NCBI GenBank assembly: GCA_963770895.1
Contig: CAVYRF010000001.1
Location: forward strand, 384,001-448,000
Source: an uncultured Acidobacteriota bacterium
GTDB lineage: Bacteria; Acidobacteriota; Thermoanaerobaculia; Multivoradales; UBA5704
DNA: 64,000 bases
Reading direction: 5' to 3'
Every line of letters begins with the position of its first letter. Position 1 is the stretch's first letter. The notes under the pieces are model-generated. The model was not told where the DNA came from. It worked only from the letters and a program-made list of their open reading frames with translations, and did no database searches. The position numbers and the translations under genes were made by a program. Positions 28,263 through 36,170 of this stretch are shown one piece after another.

Positions 28263-29273
28263 TCAGCACGAGTAGACGAGCCGGGCGATCACGGCATCCC
28301 AGGCGCGGCTCACGGCCAGCAGGTGCGCGGGCTGCTGCTCGGCGGGGGTGATGCCGCTGCGCACGTGGTCGACCAACCGATGCAGCGCAACGCGATTGGC
28401 CTGGTCGCGCTGCCACCAGAAAAACGCCCCCACGGTCGGCGGGGGGGATGCCGGTGCCAGGTCCGTCCAGGCAGGCAAGGCATTCACGCCGGCGCTGGCC
28501 GCTCCCGTGGCGATGGCGCCTCCCAGCGCTGCGATGGCAGGGATCCAGAGGACCGGACCGCTGGCCTCGCCCAGGAAGAGTGTCCCTTCTTCGAAGGTCG
28601 CCGTGACGCGATGGCTCACCCAGGCGCCGGAGCCGTCGTCGTCGGCCGTATCGAGGCGCAGGCACTGCAACGTGATGGCCACGCCGGCGACAGAGCCGTC
28701 GATGGACAGCAGCGGCATGTCTGACGGCGCGGCGGCGTCCGTCGCGGCGCCATGCAACCGCAGCGCCGCGAGCCCGCCCAGTGCCCGGGCGATCAGGTCG
28801 AGGCCCGAGTAGAGAGCGCGCGAATTGGTGGCCAGCGACAGGTGGCGGAGGCGCGTGCGCTGGCGCAGGGCGGCACAATGGGCGAGGAACCGCTGCGGCA
28901 GCTCGCAGTCCCCGTAGTGGGAGTTGACGTGCAGGACGAGGCGCCGGCCGACCGCCTCACCGAGGAGCGCCGCGAGCGCCGCCTCGGTCAGCGGGTGCTC
29001 GATCAGCACGTGGGCGCCGCGGCGGAGGAAGCCCAGGGCCAGGTCGCAGCCGGCTTGGCCGCTCACCGCGACGCAGGCCAGATCGACGCTGCCCGCCGGC
29101 ACCTGCCGCGGCTCCCGATAGAGCGGCACACCGAGCTGGGAGGCCAGGTGCCGCGACCGCTCCGAGCCGCGGGCGAGCAGGCCGACGAGCCGCAGCCCGT
29201 CCGGGTGCGGCCAGGGGCTGAGGGCGCGCAGGTAGGCCGAGCCGTACAGCGTGCCGCAGAGGAGGACCCGCAT
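28263..29273 (-). CDS. Thiazolinyl imine reductase-like oxidoreductase (Irp3/YbtU/PchG type, Gfo/Idh/MocA fold)
   Basis: RVLLCGTLYG..YL, GLLARGSERSR.LA..LGVPLY, DLACVAV, HVLIEHPL, HVNSHY, LYSGLDL, GPVLW. Confidence 0.85.
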   Translation of the reverse strand: MRVLLCGTLYGSAYLRALSPWPHPDGLRLVGLLARGSERSRHLASQLGVPLYREPRQVPAGSVDLACVAVSGQAGCDLALGFLRRGAHVLIEHPLTEAALAALLGEAVGRRLVLHVNSHYGDCELPQRFLAHCAALRQRTRLRHLSLATNSRALYSGLDLIARALGGLAALRLHGAATDAAAPSDMPLLSIDGSVAGVAITLQCLRLDTADDDGSGAWVSHRVTATFEEGTLFLGEASGPVLWIPAIAALGGAIATGAASAGVNALPAWTDLAPASPPPTVGAFFWWQRDQANRVALHRLVDHVRSGITPAEQQPAHLLAVSRAWDAVIARLVYSC

Positions 29274-29296
29274 GGCGCTCTCGGTGGCGGTGCCGC

Positions 29297-30046
29297 TCAG
29301 GCCGGCAGGCCGGCACACGCCAGGTAGACCGCGTCCTCCTCGCCCGCCGGCAGGTCGAGGAGCCGGTTGACCTCCTGGTCCAGGAAGCCGCCGATCACCA
29401 CTGCCGCCAGGTCCATGGCGGTCGCGACCAGGCAGAGGTTCTGGCCGACGTGGCCGGCCTCGAGCCAGACGTAGCGGTAACCACGCTGGCCGTATTTCCA
29501 GGTGGTGCGCGCAAAGATCGCGGTCAGGCAGACAAACAGGTTGGCGTCGCGCAGCAGATCCTGCCCCAGCGCCAGGTTGGCAAGCTCGGCGTGCAGCGCG
29601 CCGCGCCGGCGCAGTGCGAGCTGGTGCGTCCAGGGGTCGTAATGGTAGAGCCCGTCGGCGAGCCCCTCCACGCGCTGCGCGGCGACGTAGAGCTCCAGCG
29701 GGTGCAGGGCGCCGGCCGAAGGGAACGGGCGGTCGTCCGCCACCGCGCCCTCGACCTGCAACATGCCCTTGACCCCGAATGCGGCGTGCAGCAGGCGACC
29801 CAGGGTCGCGAGCGGCAGCTCTCCCTGCCGGAAGTCGCGCCGCGAGCGCCGGCCGGCCAGGGTCTCGCCGAGCGGCCGCGGGAGAGCGAAGTCGCGGCCG
29901 GAAAGCTGCACGCGCTCGGCACCCAGGTAGAGGCGCCGCTGCCCAGGGCGATCCTGCCCGGCTGCGAGATCCGGCAGCTTGGCGCGGCTGTTCGAGGAGT
30001 TGAGGTGGTAGAGGCGGGCGAGATCCACTTCGCGGGTGCTGGGCAT
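29297..30046 (-). CDS. SagB/ThcOx-family FMN-dependent azoline dehydrogenase
   Basis: LYHLNS, RRSRRDF, PSAGALHPLE, WKYGQRGYRY, EAGHVGQN; alternative start at 30067 overlapping the YcaO stop. Confidence 0.93.
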   Translation of the reverse strand: MPSTREVDLARLYHLNSSNSRAKLPDLAAGQDRPGQRRLYLGAERVQLSGRDFALPRPLGETLAGRRSRRDFRQGELPLATLGRLLHAAFGVKGMLQVEGAVADDRPFPSAGALHPLELYVAAQRVEGLADGLYHYDPWTHQLALRRRGALHAELANLALGQDLLRDANLFVCLTAIFARTTWKYGQRGYRYVWLEAGHVGQNLCLVATAMDLAAVVIGGFLDQEVNRLLDLPAGEEDAVYLACAGLPA

Positions 30047-30066
30047 CGTCGCGTCCCTTCGGGGCA

Positions 30067-32547
30067 TCAGGCGAGGGGGTGCGGCTGGGGATTGACGCCG
30101 CGCGGGCCGAGCAGCGCCGCGAGGCGCGGGTTGGCCAGCCGCCGCAGGCGCTCGCCGAAGTGGATCGGCTGCACGTCGGTGCCTAGCGCCCGGGCGACCC
30201 GGAAGGGACTCAGCGCCACGTCCGGCGAGGTGACGTCGACGATCGCCACCCGCACCCCCGCCGCTGCCAGCCTCTCCGCGCAACCCGCCAGGGTCGGCGC
30301 GGCGGCGACCGGCAGGTCGGCCAGACGCAGCGGCTCGCCGCCGCCCACGCGCAACGTGTCGAGCAGCGGCAGGCGCTCGACAGGCGCGTAGTAGAGGGCA
30401 TGATCGTCGAGGCTCTGCACCTGGTCCGGCGAGGCGGGCGCGCGCTGGCCGCTGCGCATCAGCCCGGCGATGTAGGGGCCGACGTGCGCCAGTTCGAGCA
30501 GCGCCTTGCGCGCCGCCACCTGAGGGTCGACGTGGGTGGCCAGTGCCACCGCTGCGGCGGGCCAGCGCTCGCCGTCGCCCAGGCCCAGGCTCGCCACGGT
30601 CGGGATCCCCAGCCCGACGTCCAGGAGGTAGAGCTCCACGGCGACGCCGCGTTCGCCGAGCAGGCGCACGACCTCGGCCGCCGCCCCTTCGAATCCGCCG
30701 TCGTCGAAGCGCAGCGCGCGCCCGGGCAGCTGGCACAGCCAGCTCAGCATGAAGGCGTCCCGCTCCACCAGCTCGAAGAGAGCCCGCACTGCCGCGTCCT
30801 CGAGATCGCCGCCCGCCGCCAGGCCGTTGGAGGAGACCTGGCAGAAGAGCTCCTCGCGCGGCACCGCGAAGTTGAAGTAGGCCGTCAGCGCCGGCAGCCA
30901 GACCGCTTCCCGGTTGTCGATCCAGAAACCGCGCACCCAATGCTGGGGTCGGTCGGGGTCGAAGCGCGCGAACGGGAAGTCGGGTTCCTCGTAACGGCTC
31001 TCCTCGTAGAGGCAGAGCCGGCGGGGGTCGAGGGCCAGGTCGCCCAGCTCGTTGAACGACGCCACTTTCAGGTCCTGCTTGCGGTAGCGGGACGCCGAAT
31101 AGCGCTCGATCGCCTCGCCTGCCGCGCTCAACATCGCCTCGACCTCGGTGAGCCCCTTGCCCGAGCCGACCGGCGGGTCCGGGATGCCGCGCACCCGCCC
31201 ACCCTCCGTGTAGGCCGCGAGGATCGCCGTTGCCGTCCGCGGCAGCTCCGGCAAGGAGGGATCGGCCGGGTGCGCCTGGCCACAGGCCAGGGCGCGCAGG
31301 ACACCGGTGCGTGGATCGACCCATCCTGCGAGGAGCGCCTGCAGCTCCGCGACGCTCTGCACGCGCGCCAGGCTGCCCGAGGGGCCGGGCTGGCCCGGCC
31401 GGCCATCCTGGCCCGCCGCTGCCGGCGGTGCGACGGCGCCCCCCGGATTGCGGGAATCCTGCGCAGCCCCGCCGCAAACGTGGCACCAGGGCATCCTGAC
31501 CACCCCGTGGTGCGTGACGTCGGTTGTGATCAGGTTGTGGACGATGACGCGCCCTTGCAGGTGCGAGTGGGTGAAGGTGGTGAGCAGCTTCAGCGCTTCG
31601 ATGGCCATCAGCTGGCCGGCCACCGGCGCCATGGGCGCCAGGTAGCTGCGCGCGCGGCGCGCGGCCGGCGCTGCCACCAGCGACGCGTCGACCTCGTGCG
31701 CGACGAGAGGATGGTCGGCGGCGCCCAGGCGGCGCAGGCGGAAGCAATTCCAGCAGGCGGTCTGGCCGGGTACGACGGCCGGCCCGATCCAGGCTTCGAA
31801 GCCTTCGAGATGGCCGTACAACGAGCGCACGCCGACGCGGTGAGCGTACTCGGCCGCTTGCTGCAACCAGAACAGATCGTCGGCGGTGAGGCCGGTGACG
31901 ATCAGGTCCCAGGCGCCACCGGCCGGGCCGGGAGCGGCGGCAGGGCCGTCCCCGCGCAGGCATTCCAGGCTTTCCGCGCTCACCGCGCACCGGGGTGCGA
32001 CGTCGCGCACCAGCTCCCGTATCACCTCACGGCGCAAACGGCCGCGATGGTGCGGGCGCAGCAGGCGTACCGCCAGCAGGTCGTCGGGCTCCACGGTGGC
32101 ATCGTCCAGCAGGTGCAGCGCACCGACGCCGGCAGCGGCCAGCTCGCACGCGGCCACCGCTCCCCACGGCTCGAGCCCGACCAGTAAGACCCGGGCCTGG
32201 CGCAGGCCCTCGCCGGCCTCGGCGGGGGCGAGGCCGACGCCCTGGAAGAATCGCTCCTGGGCTGCGCCGGCGGCTTCGGGCTCACCGGCGGTATCCGCCG
32301 CCGATTCGACGAGCCCCTTCTGGCGCAGCAGCTCGAGAAGGCCGTGCACGCTTGCCGGCGAGTAGCCGGGCAAGGCTCCGGCCACCTCGTCGAGATCGCG
32401 GCTGCCGTCGAGCAGCGGCAGCAGCTGGCTGACAAAGACGCTGATATCGGGGCCGTCGAGCTGGAAGCTCCCGAGGTCCGACCGAAGGACCACCGCCTGC
32501 GCCATGGGCGTGATGCTGGCGGACGGGCTCAGGCGTACCTTGCTCAT
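30067..32547 (-). CDS. Fused RRE/E1(ThiF-like)-YcaO azoline-forming cyclodehydratase (TOMM C-D fusion)
   Basis: N-terminal RRE-like region (LLPLLDGSR..DEV...LLELLRQKGLVE); IGPAVVPGQTACWNC; PWCHVCG; GSGKG; EAIERY; SSNGLAAG; ELVERD; C-terminal PQPHPLA; alternative GTG start at 32559. Confidence 0.95.
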   Translation of the reverse strand: MSKVRLSPSASITPMAQAVVLRSDLGSFQLDGPDISVFVSQLLPLLDGSRDLDEVAGALPGYSPASVHGLLELLRQKGLVESAADTAGEPEAAGAAQERFFQGVGLAPAEAGEGLRQARVLLVGLEPWGAVAACELAAAGVGALHLLDDATVEPDDLLAVRLLRPHHRGRLRREVIRELVRDVAPRCAVSAESLECLRGDGPAAAPGPAGGAWDLIVTGLTADDLFWLQQAAEYAHRVGVRSLYGHLEGFEAWIGPAVVPGQTACWNCFRLRRLGAADHPLVAHEVDASLVAAPAARRARSYLAPMAPVAGQLMAIEALKLLTTFTHSHLQGRVIVHNLITTDVTHHGVVRMPWCHVCGGAAQDSRNPGGAVAPPAAAGQDGRPGQPGPSGSLARVQSVAELQALLAGWVDPRTGVLRALACGQAHPADPSLPELPRTATAILAAYTEGGRVRGIPDPPVGSGKGLTEVEAMLSAAGEAIERYSASRYRKQDLKVASFNELGDLALDPRRLCLYEESRYEEPDFPFARFDPDRPQHWVRGFWIDNREAVWLPALTAYFNFAVPREELFCQVSSNGLAAGGDLEDAAVRALFELVERDAFMLSWLCQLPGRALRFDDGGFEGAAAEVVRLLGERGVAVELYLLDVGLGIPTVASLGLGDGERWPAAAVALATHVDPQVAARKALLELAHVGPYIAGLMRSGQRAPASPDQVQSLDDHALYYAPVERLPLLDTLRVGGGEPLRLADLPVAAAPTLAGCAERLAAAGVRVAIVDVTSPDVALSPFRVARALGTDVQPIHFGERLRRLANPRLAALLGPRGVNPQPHPLA

Positions 32548-32618
32548 AGGCGGGCTCACATCCAGAATGCATTCCCCGGCCGGCGTGACCGGTAGGCTTC
32601 CTGGACCGTTTCGCGGCG

Positions 32619-32652
32619 GGCCCGCGCGCCGATCCAGGGTTGCGCGCGGGCC
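32619..32652 (-). terminator. GC-rich stem-loop between the precursor and cyclodehydratase genes (stabiliser or partial terminator)
   Basis: Perfect 11-bp inverted repeat GGCCCGCGCGC-N12-GCGCGCGGGCC; no U-tract on the transcribed strand. Confidence 0.55.
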
Positions 32653-32682
32653 GTGTTTCTCACCGTGAGGATACTTCGGACC

Positions 32683-33135
32683 TCACTTGGAGGACGAGCA
32701 TTGAGCGCACGGGGTGCACTGGGCGCACGGCGTACATGGGGTGCACTGGGCGGCGTACTGCGTACATGGGGTGCACTGGGCGGTGCACTGCGTACATGGA
32801 GTGCACTGGGTGGTGCACGGCGTACAAGCGGTGCACGGCGCGCACAGGGGGGTCGCATGGGCCTGGTAACAGGGCTGGCAATTGACGCAGTTCTGACACA
32901 GCGCTTGGATGCACGAATTGCAGAGAATGCAGGCGGGAGGAGTGCATGTGAGGCACGGTGGGTGACACGGCCAGCACGCCGCTACCCAACACGGGTGCGC
33001 GACCACGCAGGGCTTCTGGGTCGCCTGCGTCAACGCGTCGACCTTATGTTGCAGGCCGTTGACCGCAGCGTGCAGCTCGGTCAGGACAACATGAAGATCC
33101 TTGGGAGGGTTTGGATCGTGGGGCTCATCGGCCAT
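32683..33135 (-). CDS. Cys-rich RiPP (TOMM/LAP) precursor peptide, 150 aa, 28 Cys
   Basis: AGGAG RBS; 42-aa Cys-free leader with an amphipathic helix; core of C-x2/x3-C repeats; first gene of the YcaO operon. Confidence 0.88.
   Translation of the reverse strand: MADEPHDPNPPKDLHVVLTELHAAVNGLQHKVDALTQATQKPCVVAHPCWVAACWPCHPPCLTCTPPACILCNSCIQALCQNCVNCQPCYQAHATPLCAPCTACTPCTTQCTPCTQCTAQCTPCTQYAAQCTPCTPCAQCTPCAQCSSSK
32731..32826. repeat. 30-bp coding tandem repeat (3 copies plus a partial) in the precursor core
   Basis: Units start cgtaca at 32731, 32761, 32791 and 32821; they encode QYAAQCTPCT, QCTAQCTPCT and PCTTQCTPCT. Confidence 0.9.
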
Positions 33136-33282
33136 TCGATTTCTCCTGAACCACGGGTAAGTGGACGTCACACCAGCCACGCCGGCCGGGAAATGGGCAG
33201 CCTTGGGACAGTCGTATCGTGGGCTTCGGCTGTTGCCGCACAGCCGGCCCAAGGCGTTTAAAGAGCTGAAGGTAACAATCGG

Positions 33283-33311
33283 ATTATAGCAAAAGCAGCG
33301 ATACCGCTCAA
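33283..33311 (-). promoter_or_regulatory. Sigma70 promoter of the RiPP operon
   Basis: TTGAGC-N17-TATAAT with extended -10 (TGc) in an AT-rich patch, ~148 nt upstream of the precursor ATG. Confidence 0.8.
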
Positions 33312-33369
33312 GCGTGAACTTTGCAGCTTGTGGCCGGACGCACTCGGGAAAGTGCTCCTGGCGCCGCGG

Positions 33370-34836
33370 CTACGGCTTGGGCGGCAGCGATTGCGATGCG
33401 GCCTGGATGGCGCGCTCGAGCAGCTCGTCGCGGCCGGCGGCGATCCCCTGGCGGGTGGGAGCGACGGGGATCGTGGGGAGGATGCCGACGCCGTGGTGGC
33501 GCGAGCCGTCCTGTTTGTCGACCCGCATGCCCGTCCAATGGATGCGATAGCCACCGGGCAGGGTAAAGGGGTTCACGTCGCCGTTGGTGCCGGCGGTCGG
33601 GCCGCCGACGATCTCTCCCAGGTGGTAGTGCTCGACGATCCCCATGCAGCTCTCGGCGTAGCTGATGGCGCGGCCGTCGGTCACGAACACCAGGCGCGCC
33701 GTGAGCCGGACCGGGAGTGGCTCCAAGGTCCAGGCGCTTTCCCAATAGGTCACCCCCTGGCGGTCGGGGCGGATGGTGACCGGTATGCGCCAGCGCGCCG
33801 AGTGGAAGGTCTCGCCCACCAGGTGCTGCAGGAAGAGCGGCGAGAGCGTCGGATAGCCGCGAAAGTCGATCACGATGGCGCGCGCCTTCGCCAGGCGGTC
33901 GAGCGCCGCGGTGAAGTCCTGGTCCTGGATTCGCTGCACGTCGAGATACATCACGCCCGGAGCCACCTCGGCGATCGGGGCCGGGCGTCGCTCCGCGATC
34001 GCGCCGGGACCCTGGATCGGCAGCGAACGGTCGACGGTCACCGTCGCCGTCTCGCCGGTCAGGTGAGCGACCGACAGCCGCACGCTCGCCGACGGCCCCC
34101 TGAGCAGCCGCTCCACGGAGACGTACCGCAGAAACTGCGGCGTGGCAGCCGACGTCAGCTCCTGCTCGGCGGCAATCACCTCGGCTGCCGGACGGCCGTC
34201 GATCGCCGTCACGACGTCGCCGGGCTGGATGCCGGGGGCGTGCGCCGCATCGACCGCGGTCACCACCAGCTGCCCTTCGACCCAGCTCCAAGAGAGCGGC
34301 AGATGGAACGTCGCGGAGGTGGCGGAGATCAGGGTGACCAGGCCGTGGCCGTCGTGCAGCGCCGCGACCATCCGCCGCAAGGTATCGCGGAAAGCTACCG
34401 CGTCGCGATCAGTCGCGGCGCCACGCAAAGCCCGCCGCAGCTCCGCCGGCCAATCCGTCCCCGTCACGTCGAAATAGGGGTAGAAGTGCTGGAAGACATT
34501 CCAGGCCAGGATTACGTCGGCAAGCCGCGTCGCGCGATCGTCGCCCGAAGGGAAGAATCCGTCCGGCTTCTCGGGTGCCGGCGCCAGCACCCCGGCCGGC
34601 ACCTCCGGCAGCGTCCCCTTTTCATCGGCATAGAGCGTCAGCGGCACCGCCGCCGACACGCCGCCGCCCAGATCGACAGTCACCGGCTTGCCAGGCGGCG
34701 GCCAGTCGAGCGCCAGAGGCTTGCCATCCGGGTAGGTCTGCGGCCCCGTCACGTCGACGCGCTCGCTCAGGTAGAGCCCGCGCGCCACGTCCATGCCGGC
34801 ACCGACCCCGAAGTGGCGCCATCCCAGGACGCGCAC
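33370..34836 (-). CDS. S41-family peptidase with PDZ domain, apparently lacking its N-terminus
   Basis: WNVFQHFYPYF, L.DGHG, PDZ (PGDVVTAIDG), IDFRGYP, AISYAES, TAGTNG, HGVGILP; no signal peptide or clear start. Confidence 0.82.
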   Translation of the reverse strand: MRVLGWRHFGVGAGMDVARGLYLSERVDVTGPQTYPDGKPLALDWPPPGKPVTVDLGGGVSAAVPLTLYADEKGTLPEVPAGVLAPAPEKPDGFFPSGDDRATRLADVILAWNVFQHFYPYFDVTGTDWPAELRRALRGAATDRDAVAFRDTLRRMVAALHDGHGLVTLISATSATFHLPLSWSWVEGQLVVTAVDAAHAPGIQPGDVVTAIDGRPAAEVIAAEQELTSAATPQFLRYVSVERLLRGPSASVRLSVAHLTGETATVTVDRSLPIQGPGAIAERRPAPIAEVAPGVMYLDVQRIQDQDFTAALDRLAKARAIVIDFRGYPTLSPLFLQHLVGETFHSARWRIPVTIRPDRQGVTYWESAWTLEPLPVRLTARLVFVTDGRAISYAESCMGIVEHYHLGEIVGGPTAGTNGDVNPFTLPGGYRIHWTGMRVDKQDGSRHHGVGILPTIPVAPTRQGIAAGRDELLERAIQAASQSLPPKP

Positions 34837-35003
34837 CTTTCCCGGTGGCGCGGCCAGCAGCTCCGCAGGGATGGGTCTGGGCAGGTTCGCAGAGGTTGCG
34901 CCGGGGGTGGGGCCGATGGCGGGCCGGCTCCGCTTCGGGCTCCGCTGCCGCGGACGCGAGGCCGCCCCGCCGCCGACGCTATCTGAGCGGCGGGACCGAG
35001 CGC

Positions 35004-36134
35004 ATGGAGCAATACCTGTCGGCGGCGCGGGAGCATGTCTCCCGGCGCTGCGCGGCGGATCGCGAGTGGCTCTACCGCAAACCCTTCGACGCCAATGCCG
35101 GCAATGCTGCGTTCTTCGACGAGATGTACTCGGTGATGAACCTGCTGCGGGCGATGGCCATCACGCCCGGCGGCAGGGTGCTCGAAGTCGGCAGCGGCCC
35201 CGGATGGGTGACCGAGATCCTGCTGGCGTTGGGTTATGAGGTCCATGCCCTCGAACCCAGCGAGGAGATGATCGCGATCGCCGCCGAGCGCGTCGCGGCC
35301 GCCCGCGGTCATTTCCATCTCGGCGACAGCCCGCCCGTCACCTTCCACGCCGAACCGCTCGAAACCTGCTCGCTTCCCAGCGAAGCCTATGACGCGGTGC
35401 TCTTCCATGCCTCGCTGCACCATGTCGTGGACGAAGATCGCGGCCTGGCCCAGTGTTTCCGCCTGCTGCGGCCGGGCGGCGTCCTGGGAGCGAGCGAAGG
35501 GGCCTGGATCCCCGGCGACCGCAAGCTGGAAGCCCAGCTCGACCAGGAGATGCAGCGCTTCGGCACACTCGAAAACCCCTACACCGTGGAATACCTCGAC
35601 TTCCTGCTCCGCCGCCACGGCTTCGTGGACGTTCGGCGCTACTTTGCCGTCAACGGCCTGCTGCCAGAGGCGATGGGGCGCCGCCCGGTGGCCGCGGTCG
35701 CCACCTCCCGTCCCTGGGACGGCAACAACCTGACGGCCCGCAAGCCCTCGCTCCATCGCGCCACCACCCTCGACGGCGGCACCGCCCGAACGCGCGCCCG
35801 GATCACCGTATTGGCGACCACCCTCGATCGACCCACCGGCGCCGCCCACCTCCAGGTGCGCCTGGCCAACCGCGGCGACACGGCCTGGCTGGCAAACGCT
35901 CCGCGCGTGGGTTGGGTGGCCGTCGCCCTGCGCCAGGGCGAACCGGGCAGCCCCGATCTCGTCGAGGCGGGCGGCCGCCACCCCCTGCCGCGCACCCTGG
36001 CCCCCGGCGAACAGATCGTCCTCGACCTCGACTTCCGCCTGCCTCCCGCACGCGCCGCCGGCCCCTGGCTTCTCGATCTCGTGAACGAAGGCATGTTCTG
36101 GTTCTCCGAGCGCGGCAGCCCGCCGTCCCCGTGA
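35004..36134 (+). CDS. Class I SAM-dependent methyltransferase with C-terminal Ig-like domain
   Basis: VLEVGSGPGW, YDAVLFHASLHH, LRPGG; C-terminal VRLANRGDTAW...LAPGE...LDLVNEGMFWF. Confidence 0.88.
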   Translation: MEQYLSAAREHVSRRCAADREWLYRKPFDANAGNAAFFDEMYSVMNLLRAMAITPGGRVLEVGSGPGWVTEILLALGYEVHALEPSEEMIAIAAERVAAARGHFHLGDSPPVTFHAEPLETCSLPSEAYDAVLFHASLHHVVDEDRGLAQCFRLLRPGGVLGASEGAWIPGDRKLEAQLDQEMQRFGTLENPYTVEYLDFLLRRHGFVDVRRYFAVNGLLPEAMGRRPVAAVATSRPWDGNNLTARKPSLHRATTLDGGTARTRARITVLATTLDRPTGAAHLQVRLANRGDTAWLANAPRVGWVAVALRQGEPGSPDLVEAGGRHPLPRTLAPGEQIVLDLDFRLPPARAAGPWLLDLVNEGMFWFSERGSPPSP

Positions 36135-36170
36135 TCTTCAACCCGCCGCCCTGAAGCAACCGCGCGCGCG

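Noticed and set aside
28263-29273. Reductase serving the NRPS at 60.6 kb instead of the RiPP
   Set aside because: It is about 31 kb away and sits in the YcaO operon; the visible NRPS domain is a standard C domain (HHxxxD), not a cyclisation domain. Unseen downstream modules cannot be excluded
29297-31990. 897-aa ORF ending in SagB
   Set aside because: The upstream part is an Arg/Pro-rich shadow frame of the YcaO gene; SagB starts at 30046 or 30067
32710-32840. 30-bp periodic repeats resembling a mini CRISPR array
   Set aside because: The units are contiguous with no unique spacers, keep the reading frame of the precursor, and no cas genes are present
35004-36134. Methyltransferase as a RiPP thiazolidine N-methylase (by analogy with pyochelin)
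   Set aside because: It is on the opposite strand, outside the operon, and has an Ig-like tail more typical of surface-glycan methyltransferases; revisit only if it co-occurs with homologous clusters
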